17,887 bases of DNA from Oligoflexales bacterium (GCA_044236265.1 JBIIGV010000061.1:1-17887); one strand, 5' to 3'. Numbered from the stretch's first letter, positions 8,732 through 16,576 are shown. A program made the numbers and translations. Notes: generated from the letters alone by a model not told the origin.

Positions 8732-8950
8732 TCAATTCTTGATGCGATAAGACTTGAGAACAGATTGGTTGGCCTTTAGGCGCTCTTTGCGAAGACGCTC
8801 TTCATTTTCGGAATTCTTACGCATTGCATCAAAAAAGCTTGTGGAGGCATCTTCAGCTTTAACAGCTTCTTTGTTCTCAACCTTTTCAGCGTCTTTGCGG
8901 GCAAAAAGAGAGACGATATTCGATGTTTTGTTTTCGGTTTGGCTTTGCAT
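8732..8950 (-). CDS. Small hypothetical charged helical protein (72 aa)
   Basis: Preferred start is ATG 8950 with GGAGG SD (8960-8956): MQSQTENKTSNIVSLFARK...ERLRKERLKANQSVLKSYRIKN. Confidence 0.8.
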   Translation of the reverse strand: MQSQTENKTSNIVSLFARKDAEKVENKEAVKAEDASTSFFDAMRKNSENEERLRKERLKANQSVLKSYRIKN

Positions 8951-9017
8951 CGTTTCCTCCAGATCAGCAGTCGGTCCAGCTTCAGAATTCCAGGGCGTCA
9001 ACCCTTGTGATCTACGA

Positions 9018-9033
9018 AGCAAGCCTTATGCCA
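9018..9033 (-). promoter_or_regulatory. sigma54 (RpoN) -24/-12 promoter
   Basis: Minus strand TGGCATAAGGCTTGCT matches TGGCA(C/T)-N5-TTGC(A/T), about 70 nt upstream of the 8950 start. Confidence 0.8.
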
Positions 9034-9133
9034 TGGGTCGGTTTAGATCTAACTGTTTCAGTTCAAAAAACAAAATCTATAAATTTCATCAACTTACGCT
9101 GAAACAAGCCTTAAACTTCTCGCCGCTAGTGTA

Positions 9134-9173
9134 TGTCTTGCCGACAAACTGTCAAGAGGCCTGACACTGTCAA
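9134..9173. promoter_or_regulatory. Candidate enhancer (UAS) for a sigma54 activator
   Basis: Palindrome TGTCA-N7-TGACA (9150-9166), plus TGTC-N5-GACA (9134-9146) and a further TGTCA (9168-9172), 100-140 bp upstream of the -24 box. Confidence 0.55.
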
Positions 9174-9268
9174 ATGGTTAATTTTTGGGCTAACCAGGAT
9201 TGGCAAATGCTGCTCTAAACATGAGATAATATAAGGGAAATATGAAGACGATGCTTTTTGAGGTCTCG

Positions 9269-9778
9269 ATGTCAATCTACTCTAAACTGAAGTCCATGTT
9301 CTACGAGTCTTTTGACGAATCCAGAGTGACGACACTCTTATCGCGGCTTGCTCCAATGAGCGAGCAGTCGCGCCGCGGTCTCGACCAATTCATAGGGGAA
9401 GGCAGCCATTTCCAAAGTTTTTCAGCCTCGGGTTTACCCCTTGATCTAGTGGTTAACGTGGCCAAGGCCTCGTTTATGAAAGGTGGCGATGTCCACATTA
9501 AACAATGGTGCGAAGCAATGACTAAGGCGCGGTCCATTGAGTCTGATACGCTCATTCCGCCGATGGTCGTCGTAAAACATGCTGGCCTAATTGCTGTTGT
9601 GATGCCCAAGGGGCAAGACGTTGACCGAGACGCAGCCAAGTCGGTGGGTCCCCAACTGCTTGCTACTGCAAAAGCACTGGGTGGCGCCGGTTTGGTATTG
9701 GACGACTATCCACAGGTGAGGCAGGCTTTGGGTGTTCCGTTTATTATTGATTGGTCCGATCTGGCTTTGGCGGATTAA
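9269..9778 (+). CDS. Hypothetical protein with protein-kinase-like (RIO/APH-like) motif remnants
   Basis: GAGGT SD before ATG 9269; FIGEGSHF (Gly loop), LVVNVAK, LVLDDYPQV, FIIDWSDL. Confidence 0.5.
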   Translation: MSIYSKLKSMFYESFDESRVTTLLSRLAPMSEQSRRGLDQFIGEGSHFQSFSASGLPLDLVVNVAKASFMKGGDVHIKQWCEAMTKARSIESDTLIPPMVVVKHAGLIAVVMPKGQDVDRDAAKSVGPQLLATAKALGGAGLVLDDYPQVRQALGVPFIIDWSDLALAD

Positions 9779-9789
9779 CAGTCTCCGAA

Positions 9790-10227
9790 CTATCCTTCCA
9801 GAGAATCTATCAGGCGTTGAAATCCCGCAAACATTCCGGGCAGGTTTGCTTTCGCAATCTGATCTGTCACCATAGATGGCGCGAAGCCTTTGAGGGTTAC
9901 GTCTAATTTATAGACAGCATGGGTCTTATCGCCCTGAGCGGTTAAACTCCAACTGCCCTCATTTTTCTTCATTAAATTACTGTCGACCATGGTCCACCAA
10001 ATCTTGGTGGGTTCTTCGGCATACATCTCATTTGTATAATAAAAGGTCTTAACGATGTTCAGTTCCGTGCGGAGCAGGCATTTGGCCTTACTTCCCGTTG
10101 GGGCTGGATCGACCTTAACTCCTGTAACACCCGGTATGAACTCTGGATACTTCTCAAATTGTCCAAGAGCCCTAAAAACTTTTTTGATGTCACCATTGAA
10201 AACATGACTAGTTTCAAGCTCAGCCAT
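9790..10227 (-). CDS. SRPBCC/START-fold protein (polyketide cyclase/RatA/Coq10-like)
   Basis: FEKYPEFIPGV, NEGSWSL, THAVYKLDV and a C-terminal helix; AGGAGG SD. Confidence 0.88.
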   Translation of the reverse strand: MAELETSHVFNGDIKKVFRALGQFEKYPEFIPGVTGVKVDPAPTGSKAKCLLRTELNIVKTFYYTNEMYAEEPTKIWWTMVDSNLMKKNEGSWSLTAQGDKTHAVYKLDVTLKGFAPSMVTDQIAKANLPGMFAGFQRLIDSLEG

Positions 10228-10322
10228 GGATGGTCCTCCTTTGCATTAAAACAATAATTGTATAAACTAAATATAGCGAAGTATAGCTGAAGCTCTTAAT
10301 GAATCGGCAAGGTGGATCGGAA

Positions 10323-10574
10323 ATGGCAAATGACACGCATATGAAGGATTTGGTTGAGTTCGTAGCCAAGGCCTTGGTAGATCAGGTCGAGAAAATCGAA
10401 ATCAATGAAATCGCAGGTAATCAAACAAATATCATCGAACTCAAAGTCCACAAGGACGATATCGGTAAGGTGATTGGGCGCCAGGGTAGAACGGCCGATG
10501 CAATTCGGACCATTCTAAATTGTGCCGCTGCCAAGTTAAACAAACGTTACATTCTTCAAATCATAGACGAGTAG
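10323..10574 (+). CDS. khpA: KH-domain RNA-binding protein KhpA
   Basis: MKDLVEFVAKALVD, DIGKVIGRQGRTADAIRTIL (GxxG loop). Start may be 10323 or 10341. Confidence 0.92.
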   Translation: MANDTHMKDLVEFVAKALVDQVEKIEINEIAGNQTNIIELKVHKDDIGKVIGRQGRTADAIRTILNCAAAKLNKRYILQIIDE

Positions 10575-10578
10575 ATTC

Positions 10579-11577
10579 ATGCGTGATGCTGCCAGTGCCG
10601 TACTTATTGCGGCGGTGGAAGGCCTGGATCTAACCCCGGATGAGGAGCGCTTCTATCGAGAAGAGTCACCTGCCGGGGTTACGCTTTTTCGGCGCAACAT
10701 TCCACAAGATGATTTCAGTGCCGTCTCCAAGCTCAATCAAGCCTTACAAAGCTTGCGACCAGCTGGCGATCCTCCTTTAGTTATAGCCATCGATCAAGAG
10801 GGCGGTAGGGTCTCACGAATTGGCGCTCCGTTTCCCAACCTTGGTCCAGCCATGCATGTTGCAGATGGTCGTTTTGATAACGAAGCTCTGGGAGTTTTAA
10901 GCGACTATGGTCACGCTGTTGGTCGTTCTCTCCGCGAGATTGGTATCAATGTAGATTTTGCCCCCGTTCTGGATATTCTGACGGAACCGTCCAATCATGC
11001 TATTGGAGATCGATGTTTTGGTGTCTCTGCTGAACAGGTTACGCCGCGTGCGCGCGCGTTTCTCCATGGATTACAAGCTGAGAGAGTTCTCGGATGTCTC
11101 AAACACTTTCCCGGTCAAGGGCACGCCGGTGTTGATACTCATCTGGGTACAGCCGTTATTGACGTGAGTCTTCAAACCTTAATTTCTCGGGAGCTTGTTC
11201 CATTTCGCGAACTAGTCTCTGAGTGTCCGATGGTCATGATCTCCCATTCAATTTTTCCCGTCCTATGCGAGCGCGAGGCCAGTAGATCTGAAAGAATCAT
11301 CCAGGATTGGTTGAGGATTCGTTTGGGCTTTAAGGGCGTCGTTGTCAGTGATGATATGAATATGGGAGCACTTCCGCAGGAAATTGCAGATTGGAAAGAT
11401 GCTCTCATTGAGGCAGTTGTAGCCGGCTGTGATGCTCTGCTTGTATGCCGACATCTGGATCGCTGCTATGCGGCGTTAGATGCTTTGCGTGGAGAGGCGA
11501 GAAGAAGTCCCGCATTCAACGTACGTCTTGAGGATGCAGCTTGGCGCGTTACCAAAATGCGAAAAACAATTGGCTAA
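10579..11577 (+). CDS. nagZ: Beta-N-acetylhexosaminidase (GH3)
   Basis: GVTLFRRN, IDQEGGRVSR, DFAPVLD, KHFPGQGHAGVDTH (Asp-His dyad), SDDMNMGAL (nucleophile). Confidence 0.92.
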   Translation: MRDAASAVLIAAVEGLDLTPDEERFYREESPAGVTLFRRNIPQDDFSAVSKLNQALQSLRPAGDPPLVIAIDQEGGRVSRIGAPFPNLGPAMHVADGRFDNEALGVLSDYGHAVGRSLREIGINVDFAPVLDILTEPSNHAIGDRCFGVSAEQVTPRARAFLHGLQAERVLGCLKHFPGQGHAGVDTHLGTAVIDVSLQTLISRELVPFRELVSECPMVMISHSIFPVLCEREASRSERIIQDWLRIRLGFKGVVVSDDMNMGALPQEIADWKDALIEAVVAGCDALLVCRHLDRCYAALDALRGEARRSPAFNVRLEDAAWRVTKMRKTIG

Positions 11578-11582
11578 AAAAA

Positions 11583-11632
11583 TTCACCCTCAACCAGTTG
11601 ATCAGTTTTAAATGATCATGATTGAGGGTGAA
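11583..11632. terminator. Hairpin between convergent nagZ and the FKBP gene; probable shared terminator
   Basis: TTCACCCTCAA (11583-11593) pairs with TTGAGGGTGAA (11622-11632), with an inner TGATCA/TGATCA stem; the A-run at 11577-11582 gives a U-tail on the minus strand. Confidence 0.7.
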
Positions 11633-11644
11633 GCTGTCTTCAAA

Positions 11645-12361
11645 TTACTTCTTGGCAGTAGGCTTCTTTGCTGCTGCGACTTCGATGAGTTCTACGTCAA
11701 ACAGAAGAACTGAATTTGCCGGAATACTAGGTCGGCCTTGCGGACCGTAGGCAAGCTCAGACGGAATAGCGAGTTTGAACTTTGCACCTGGCTTCATAAG
11801 CTGAAGAGCTTCGGTCCAACCAGGGATTACGCCACCAACCGGAAATTCAGCGGGTTCGCCACGGTCTACAGAGCTGTCAAACTTAGTGCCATCAATGAGT
11901 GTGCCTGTGTAGTGAACCTTAACGGTATCCTCAGGCTTCGGAGAGTCGCCTTTACCTTCCGCGACAACTTCATACTGAAGGCCGGATTTCGTTACTTTGA
12001 CATTAGGCTTCTTCTTGTTTTCTTCGAGAAACTTGGAGCCCTTTTCGAGGTTTTCTTTGCCCTCTGATTCTTGCTTAGCAGCCATGTTCTCACGCATTTT
12101 CATCATGGCAGCTTGCATTTGCTCTTGGGTGAGGCGAGCCGGCTTGTTCTGCAACACGTCGTCGATGCTTGCAGCAAGAATAGCAGTATCGATTTTGAGA
12201 CCTTGGGACTTCATGCCATTACCAATTTGTTGACCGATCGCGTAAGCGACCTTTTGATCATCCGTGTCTAATTTGACATTGGCACTTGCTGCTTTTTTAA
12301 ATTGCTCACATCCCATCAGACCCGCTGCTGCAATCACAGCCACAGCCACTACATGCTTCAT
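11645..12361 (-). CDS. fkpA: FKBP-type peptidyl-prolyl isomerase (FkpA/Mip-like), lipoprotein
   Basis: Lipobox LMG-C; dimerisation domain KVAYAIGQQIG; VKVHYTGTLIDGTKFDSS, VIPGWTEALQLM, IPSELAYG. Confidence 0.9.
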   Translation of the reverse strand: MKHVVAVAVIAAAGLMGCEQFKKAASANVKLDTDDQKVAYAIGQQIGNGMKSQGLKIDTAILAASIDDVLQNKPARLTQEQMQAAMMKMRENMAAKQESEGKENLEKGSKFLEENKKKPNVKVTKSGLQYEVVAEGKGDSPKPEDTVKVHYTGTLIDGTKFDSSVDRGEPAEFPVGGVIPGWTEALQLMKPGAKFKLAIPSELAYGPQGRPSIPANSVLLFDVELIEVAAAKKPTAKK

Positions 12362-12475
12362 ATTCAGCTCCCTTTAGGAAATTGTTTCTGTCGTAACCTT
12401 AGACCAGATGGGCTGATTTGGATAGCGGAACTTTAAAGATTTAGACCCTGCATTGGTAGCGTTTTAGCGCCAGGC

Positions 12476-13789
12476 TCACCCTTCGGTGGCAAGCTCTTCT
12501 TGCTCTTGGGTTTGGCGAACGCGAACACGTTCAATTCGGTGGCGGGCCACCTGCGATACCTCACAAGAGTATGGTCCAATTTGAACTGTCTGACCCACTT
12601 TGGGCAGGTCTCCAAGTGACTGAATCATATAACCTGCCACGGTTTCAGCGTCCTGTTCACTCTCTTCATGAACGTGTTTTGGATCAATTTCAAAATAATC
12701 CAAAAACTCGTCCAGGTTCATGAGTCCAAGAACATCGTAGATGCCGGGTGTTACTTCGATAACCTTAGCTTGTTCTTCATCGTGCTCATCCTGAATTTCA
12801 CCCACGATTTCTTCCAGCATATCTTCAAGGGTGATCAAGCCAGCTGTTCCACCGTACTCGTCAATCACGATGGCCATGTGAGTCTTGGTTCTTTTAAGCT
12901 CTTTGAAAACGTCCATGATAAGTTTGGACTCGGGAACTTGATGCGCTTTACGCATCAAGTGTTGAATTTTTACCGTCTGTAGTTTTTCCGGCGTAGCCGC
13001 AAACTGGAGAAGATCTTTAGCCAGCAAAATACCAACGACATTATCAATTCTTTCATCATAGACGGGAATTCGAGCGTGACCGCTTTCGTAAGCAAGTTTG
13101 ACAGCATCACGCAAAGGAGTACGAAGCTCCATCGCAACGATGTCTGTGCGGGGTGTCATGATTTCACGAACTTTGATCTCGTCGAATTCAAATACACCAG
13201 AAATCATGTCTTGCTTGGTTTCCTCAAATACCCCAGCTTTCTCGCCAACGTTTACCAAAAACTCCAGCTCCTCTTCCGTGATCTGAGGGCCTGGTTGGTG
13301 CTTTGCGCCACCAAAGGTCTCAATAAGTTTGGATGCGACGTAGCTTAACGCCATCACCAACGGGAAACTGATGCGGTAAACAAAGTAAATAAACTTCATG
13401 GCTGGAAGAGCCAAGGCGTCCGTGTATATCTTGCCGATCGTTTTGGGGATAATTTCTGAGAAAATGAGGATGAAGAGGGTCGTAAATCCTGTGGCAATTG
13501 CCAAGGCTTGATCGTTGAAGTGTTTGTGCGCATATTCGGTTGCGAGTGCAGATGCCAGAATGTTAACTGCCGTGTTGAACATTAATATAGTTGTTAAAAC
13601 ACGACTGGGGTGTTGAAGCCAAAGATTGAGTTCCTTAGCTTTTTCGCCCTTAATGTCGAGAAGGTGCTTGGCCTTCAGTGAGCCCAGTCCGGTTATGACG
13701 GTTTCTGCGCCGGAGAAAAGAAAAGATAAAACGCCGCAGCTCAAAAAACCTATAACACTTGTACTGTCATTTCTGAAAAAGTCATCCAT
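12476..13789 (-). CDS. CNNM/HlyC-CorC family protein (DUF21 + CBS pair + CorC_HlyC)
   Basis: SFLFSGAET, FSEIIPK, VREIMTPRTDI, GHARIPVY, IVIDEYGGTAGLITLEDMLEEIVGEIQDEHD. Confidence 0.93.
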   Translation of the reverse strand: MDDFFRNDSTSVIGFLSCGVLSFLFSGAETVITGLGSLKAKHLLDIKGEKAKELNLWLQHPSRVLTTILMFNTAVNILASALATEYAHKHFNDQALAIATGFTTLFILIFSEIIPKTIGKIYTDALALPAMKFIYFVYRISFPLVMALSYVASKLIETFGGAKHQPGPQITEEELEFLVNVGEKAGVFEETKQDMISGVFEFDEIKVREIMTPRTDIVAMELRTPLRDAVKLAYESGHARIPVYDERIDNVVGILLAKDLLQFAATPEKLQTVKIQHLMRKAHQVPESKLIMDVFKELKRTKTHMAIVIDEYGGTAGLITLEDMLEEIVGEIQDEHDEEQAKVIEVTPGIYDVLGLMNLDEFLDYFEIDPKHVHEESEQDAETVAGYMIQSLGDLPKVGQTVQIGPYSCEVSQVARHRIERVRVRQTQEQEELATEG

Positions 13790-13797
13790 AGGATTTG

Positions 13798-14406
13798 TTA
13801 GCGCCGTCCTCTTTTAACTTGTTGCCCGCGTTTTTTTGCGGTGGGTTTCTTTGTTTTAGTTTTCGTTGATGCCTTTGTATTCACCGGGTCAATGCATCCG
13901 TGCCAAAGTGGAAGCTTGCCTTTGCCTCCAGCGAAAATACGCATAAGCTTTGCCTGCTCGGCAAACATGCGTTTTTTTTCCTGTGGCTTCATATGATCAT
14001 GTCCGACCAGGTGTAAAATTCCATGTACCAGTAGAAAGCAAATTTCCCTCTGCAGTTTGTCTTTTGACTGATTGACGTTCGCAGAAGCATCGAGAGCTGA
14101 AATGACGACGTCACCAAGAGGAAGCGGATTAACTATTGGCCGAGGCTCTGGCGGGTCTTTCTGGAATTTTAGCGGTCGTTTCCAAGAATATTGCGGAAAG
14201 GATAAGACATCGGTCGATTTATCTTTTTCCAGGTACCTACGATTGAGTTCGCGCATTGTTTGAGGCGAGACAAATTGCAAACAGACTTCGTAGTGCGCAA
14301 CGCCAAGTCTGCGGCAAATTTCACTCGCAATGGCGGAGATTTTTTTGCGGTCAATTTTGAAGGCGCGATGATTACTAATGATGTGGACACAACCCGGTTG
14401 ATTCAC
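13798..14406 (-). CDS. ybeY: rRNA maturation RNase YbeY with basic C-terminal tail
   Basis: LNRRY..KDKSTDVLSFP, LGDVVIS, HGILHLVGHDH zinc motif; GTG start. Confidence 0.93.
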   Translation of the reverse strand: MNQPGCVHIISNHRAFKIDRKKISAIASEICRRLGVAHYEVCLQFVSPQTMRELNRRYLEKDKSTDVLSFPQYSWKRPLKFQKDPPEPRPIVNPLPLGDVVISALDASANVNQSKDKLQREICFLLVHGILHLVGHDHMKPQEKKRMFAEQAKLMRIFAGGKGKLPLWHGCIDPVNTKASTKTKTKKPTAKKRGQQVKRGRR

Positions 14407-14417
14407 AGTTTGCTCAC

Positions 14418-14726
14418 CTAGGATCCAACGCGGGGTTTGCAGAACTGAATCAACTTTTCGTCACCCTCGTCATCTTCAGAAGTTTCTGATTTTATTTTGA
14501 CAGATCCGGTCTTTCCGCAGAGCTCATCGAGGGCACTGATTCTCGTCGTGCTCCCTCGGCGATCGTTGCTTGGTGCGGTAAGATCACTCACGTTATTTTG
14601 CGCCTTTAAGGCAGCAGATTTATCAGCGCGGATAATTTGTTCAGCATAACTGACCAACTTTGCAACTGTAAGGACCTCTGGGGCTTTTTTTGCACCCATG
14701 GATCTTATTTTTGCGTCTTGATTCAT
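14418..14726 (-). CDS. Small hypothetical protein
   Basis: GAGG SD; fills the gap in a co-directional cluster; 11 nt from the ybeY start. Confidence 0.65.
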   Translation of the reverse strand: MNQDAKIRSMGAKKAPEVLTVAKLVSYAEQIIRADKSAALKAQNNVSDLTAPSNDRRGSTTRISALDELCGKTGSVKIKSETSEDDEGDEKLIQFCKPRVGS

Positions 14727-14767
14727 ATGCTGTTCACGCCTCTTTTCCCGAGAAAATCTTACCTTTA

Positions 14768-14776
14768 ATTATATCA
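14768..14776 (-). promoter_or_regulatory. Extended -10 promoter candidate
   Basis: TGaTATAAT on the minus strand, about 40 nt upstream of the 14726 start; no clear -35. Confidence 0.5.
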
Positions 14777-14820
14777 CGTGTGAAAAGTAGGCGCACCGTC
14801 TCAGGCTCAACATGATGAAA

Positions 14821-15531
14821 TTACGCATCAAACTTAGTCCATTTACGACCGTACCAAGGGAGGTTCTTCAGTTCAAAGCGGCGTAAAAATAGGCTGGAGA
14901 AGTCTCCGTCGGCAAAAACTGGAAGGCTTGCCGTTTCGCAAAAACCCGCAGACTTGGCATACTCACAGGCCGTTTGGAAATAAGGTTCCTGATCAGTCTT
15001 AAGCCAAAGAAATCCACTGCGTGAGAGTTGGCGATAAACAGTTGAGCAGAAGACCTCCGAGTAAAGTCGGTAGTGGGCATGCTTTTTTTTCACCCACGGA
15101 TCTGGGAAGAACGTTACAAATCCGTCGACTTCCCCATCTTGAAATAATTGACTCAGTCCACCAGCGTTGGCCAAGATAACGAAAATATTTTTGAGGCCTC
15201 TATCTCGCGCTCTTTCTGCCGTGTGGATCACACGTTTAAATGTGATGTCGACGCCAACAAACAGAGCTTCAGGATGGCGTTCCGCCATGTCGCATAGAGT
15301 ATGTCCGGTGTGACACCCGATCTCAACGATCAGGGGCATTGCTTGGCGATCTCCGGTAACGTTAGTAAATTTCGAGCGCCATTGACCGGGAAACTCACGT
15401 AGTCGCGGTCCCATGGCAACAGGTAGGTCTCCCGAGTTCTGCGCGTTGACAAGTTTTGCTACAAACGCGTTCGAATCGTTGTCCAGTTTGGAGACAATGT
15501 CAGCAAAAACATCGGATGATCGTACGGGCAT
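14821..15531 (-). CDS. trmB: tRNA (guanine-N7)-methyltransferase
   Basis: IVEIGCHTG, FVGVDI, FFPDPWVKKKHAHYRL, LKTD. Start reassigned to ATG 15531 (GAGGA SD) because the track's 15654 start lies inside RNase P RNA. Confidence 0.88.
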   Translation of the reverse strand: MPVRSSDVFADIVSKLDNDSNAFVAKLVNAQNSGDLPVAMGPRLREFPGQWRSKFTNVTGDRQAMPLIVEIGCHTGHTLCDMAERHPEALFVGVDITFKRVIHTAERARDRGLKNIFVILANAGGLSQLFQDGEVDGFVTFFPDPWVKKKHAHYRLYSEVFCSTVYRQLSRSGFLWLKTDQEPYFQTACEYAKSAGFCETASLPVFADGDFSSLFLRRFELKNLPWYGRKWTKFDA

Positions 15532-15552
15532 GTGATCCTCAATTAGGAGACT

Positions 15553-16018
15553 GCCAGAAGGCACAGATTTCATCAGAACAGCTGTAAGCCGGATTCTGTC
15601 ATTACTCTCTGGTGAGAGTAGAGACTGCCATTCATCTGGGATGACTGTTGCCAATCACCTCAAGCGACCTACCCGGGAGACGTCGAGCCGACGTTCGTTC
15701 AGATGCACCACCACGATGGATGACTTATCTGAAACCTTCCTCTGTTTGGTCTTGCTCCGGATGGGGTTTGCCGAGCCAGTTTGTCACCAAACTGCTGGTG
15801 AGCTCTTACCTCACCGTTTCACCCTTACCTCCGGTTTACTTACATAAACCGGTTTGGCGGTATACTCTCTGTTGCACTTTCCGTCGGGTTATCCCCGCCT
15901 GGTCGTTAACCAGCATCCTGCTCTGTGGAGTCCGGACTTTCCTCCAGTCTGATCTGCTTGCGCAGCGCAAACCAGCGGCAGTCCGCCGTACTGACAAAGT
16001 TTTCTGTGCCTTCTGGCT
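15553..16018 (-). ncRNA. rnpB: RNase P RNA, bacterial type A (core about 15569-15998, plus terminal stem extension)
   Basis: Minus strand GAGGAAAGTCCGGACTCC (P4 5'), GAAAGTGCAACAGAGAGTATACCGCC, GGTAAGGGTGAAACGGTGAGGTAAGAGCTCACC, GGCAAACCCCATCCGGAGCAAGACC, CCCGGGTAGGTCGCTTGAG and ACAGAATCCGGCTTA (P4 3'). Confidence 0.97.
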
Positions 16019-16024
16019 AGGCGG

Positions 16025-16053
16025 AATCTAAGGGGGGCTGATTTTAAAGTCAA
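16025..16053 (-). promoter_or_regulatory. sigma70 promoter of rnpB
   Basis: TTGACT-N17-TAGATT, GC-rich discriminator CCGCCT, AT-rich UP-like tract upstream; predicted TSS about 16018. Confidence 0.7.
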
Positions 16054-16103
16054 CTTAATTTCTATTAAAATTCACGGCGCGAAGCGCTATGGGGTAAGGG
16101 TTG

Positions 16104-16427
16104 TCAGGGGCGTCGGCTCAAAGAAAGAATCTTCTCATAATTATCAGGACTTACAGGGTCCTCGTGATTGGCCATATTGCGTGTTTCAGCTCCGCAAGTC
16201 TCACATCTAAATTTGAGAACTAGCCCTTTTTTGGAGTCGAGCTCGTAGGCGAAGGCTTTAAGCCGGCCTTTGCAGGTGTTGGCTCGGTCGCCGGGGTAGA
16301 GATCTACGTGCTTGCTCGAAAGGCATTGGTGGCAGTGATTGCGACAACCAACCGAGGCAGGAGGCACAAGGGCTCCGCAGTACTCGCAAGTAAAGCCGTC
16401 ATTATTATGGGTGAACTTTCCCGACAT
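16104..16427 (-). CDS. RNHCP domain-containing zinc-binding protein
   Basis: FTCEYCG, CRNHCHQCLSSKHVDLYPGDRANTCKG, FRCETCG. Confidence 0.9.
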   Translation of the reverse strand: MSGKFTHNNDGFTCEYCGALVPPASVGCRNHCHQCLSSKHVDLYPGDRANTCKGRLKAFAYELDSKKGLVLKFRCETCGAETRNMANHEDPVSPDNYEKILSLSRRP

Positions 16428-16576
16428 GTTTAAAATCCTTTTCTTCCGGCAAGGGTCCTACCACTTTGTCTTGAGCCTGTGCCAGATGATTTCTTGGAGG
16501 ACTGAGCTAATATCCTGTAATTTCAGGAAATTAGTTCAAAGTTATGGTTCTTTTTAGGGGGCACTAAATAAATTTC

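Noticed and set aside
8951..9022. Riboswitch-like alternative pairings (GCUUC/GAAGC versus AGAUCA/UGAUCU), and the ORF-track TTG start at 9022
   Set aside because: The 5' arms and the TTG overlap the sigma54 -12 box and lie upstream of the predicted TSS; no aptamer consensus is recognisable.
9016..9113. 13-nt imperfect direct repeat GAA(G/A)CAAGCCTTA at 9016-9028 and 9101-9113
   Set aside because: Only two copies; one is the sigma54 promoter and the other lacks the GG and GC. Not a CRISPR array and probably chance.
11645..13850. KKPTAKK peptide shared by the FKBP and YbeY C-termini
   Set aside because: Low-complexity sequence with different codons; no DNA repeat.
15641..16031. ORFs 15641..15847, 15648..16031 and the trmB extension to 15654
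   Set aside because: They overlap the RNase P RNA gene and are shadow ORFs.
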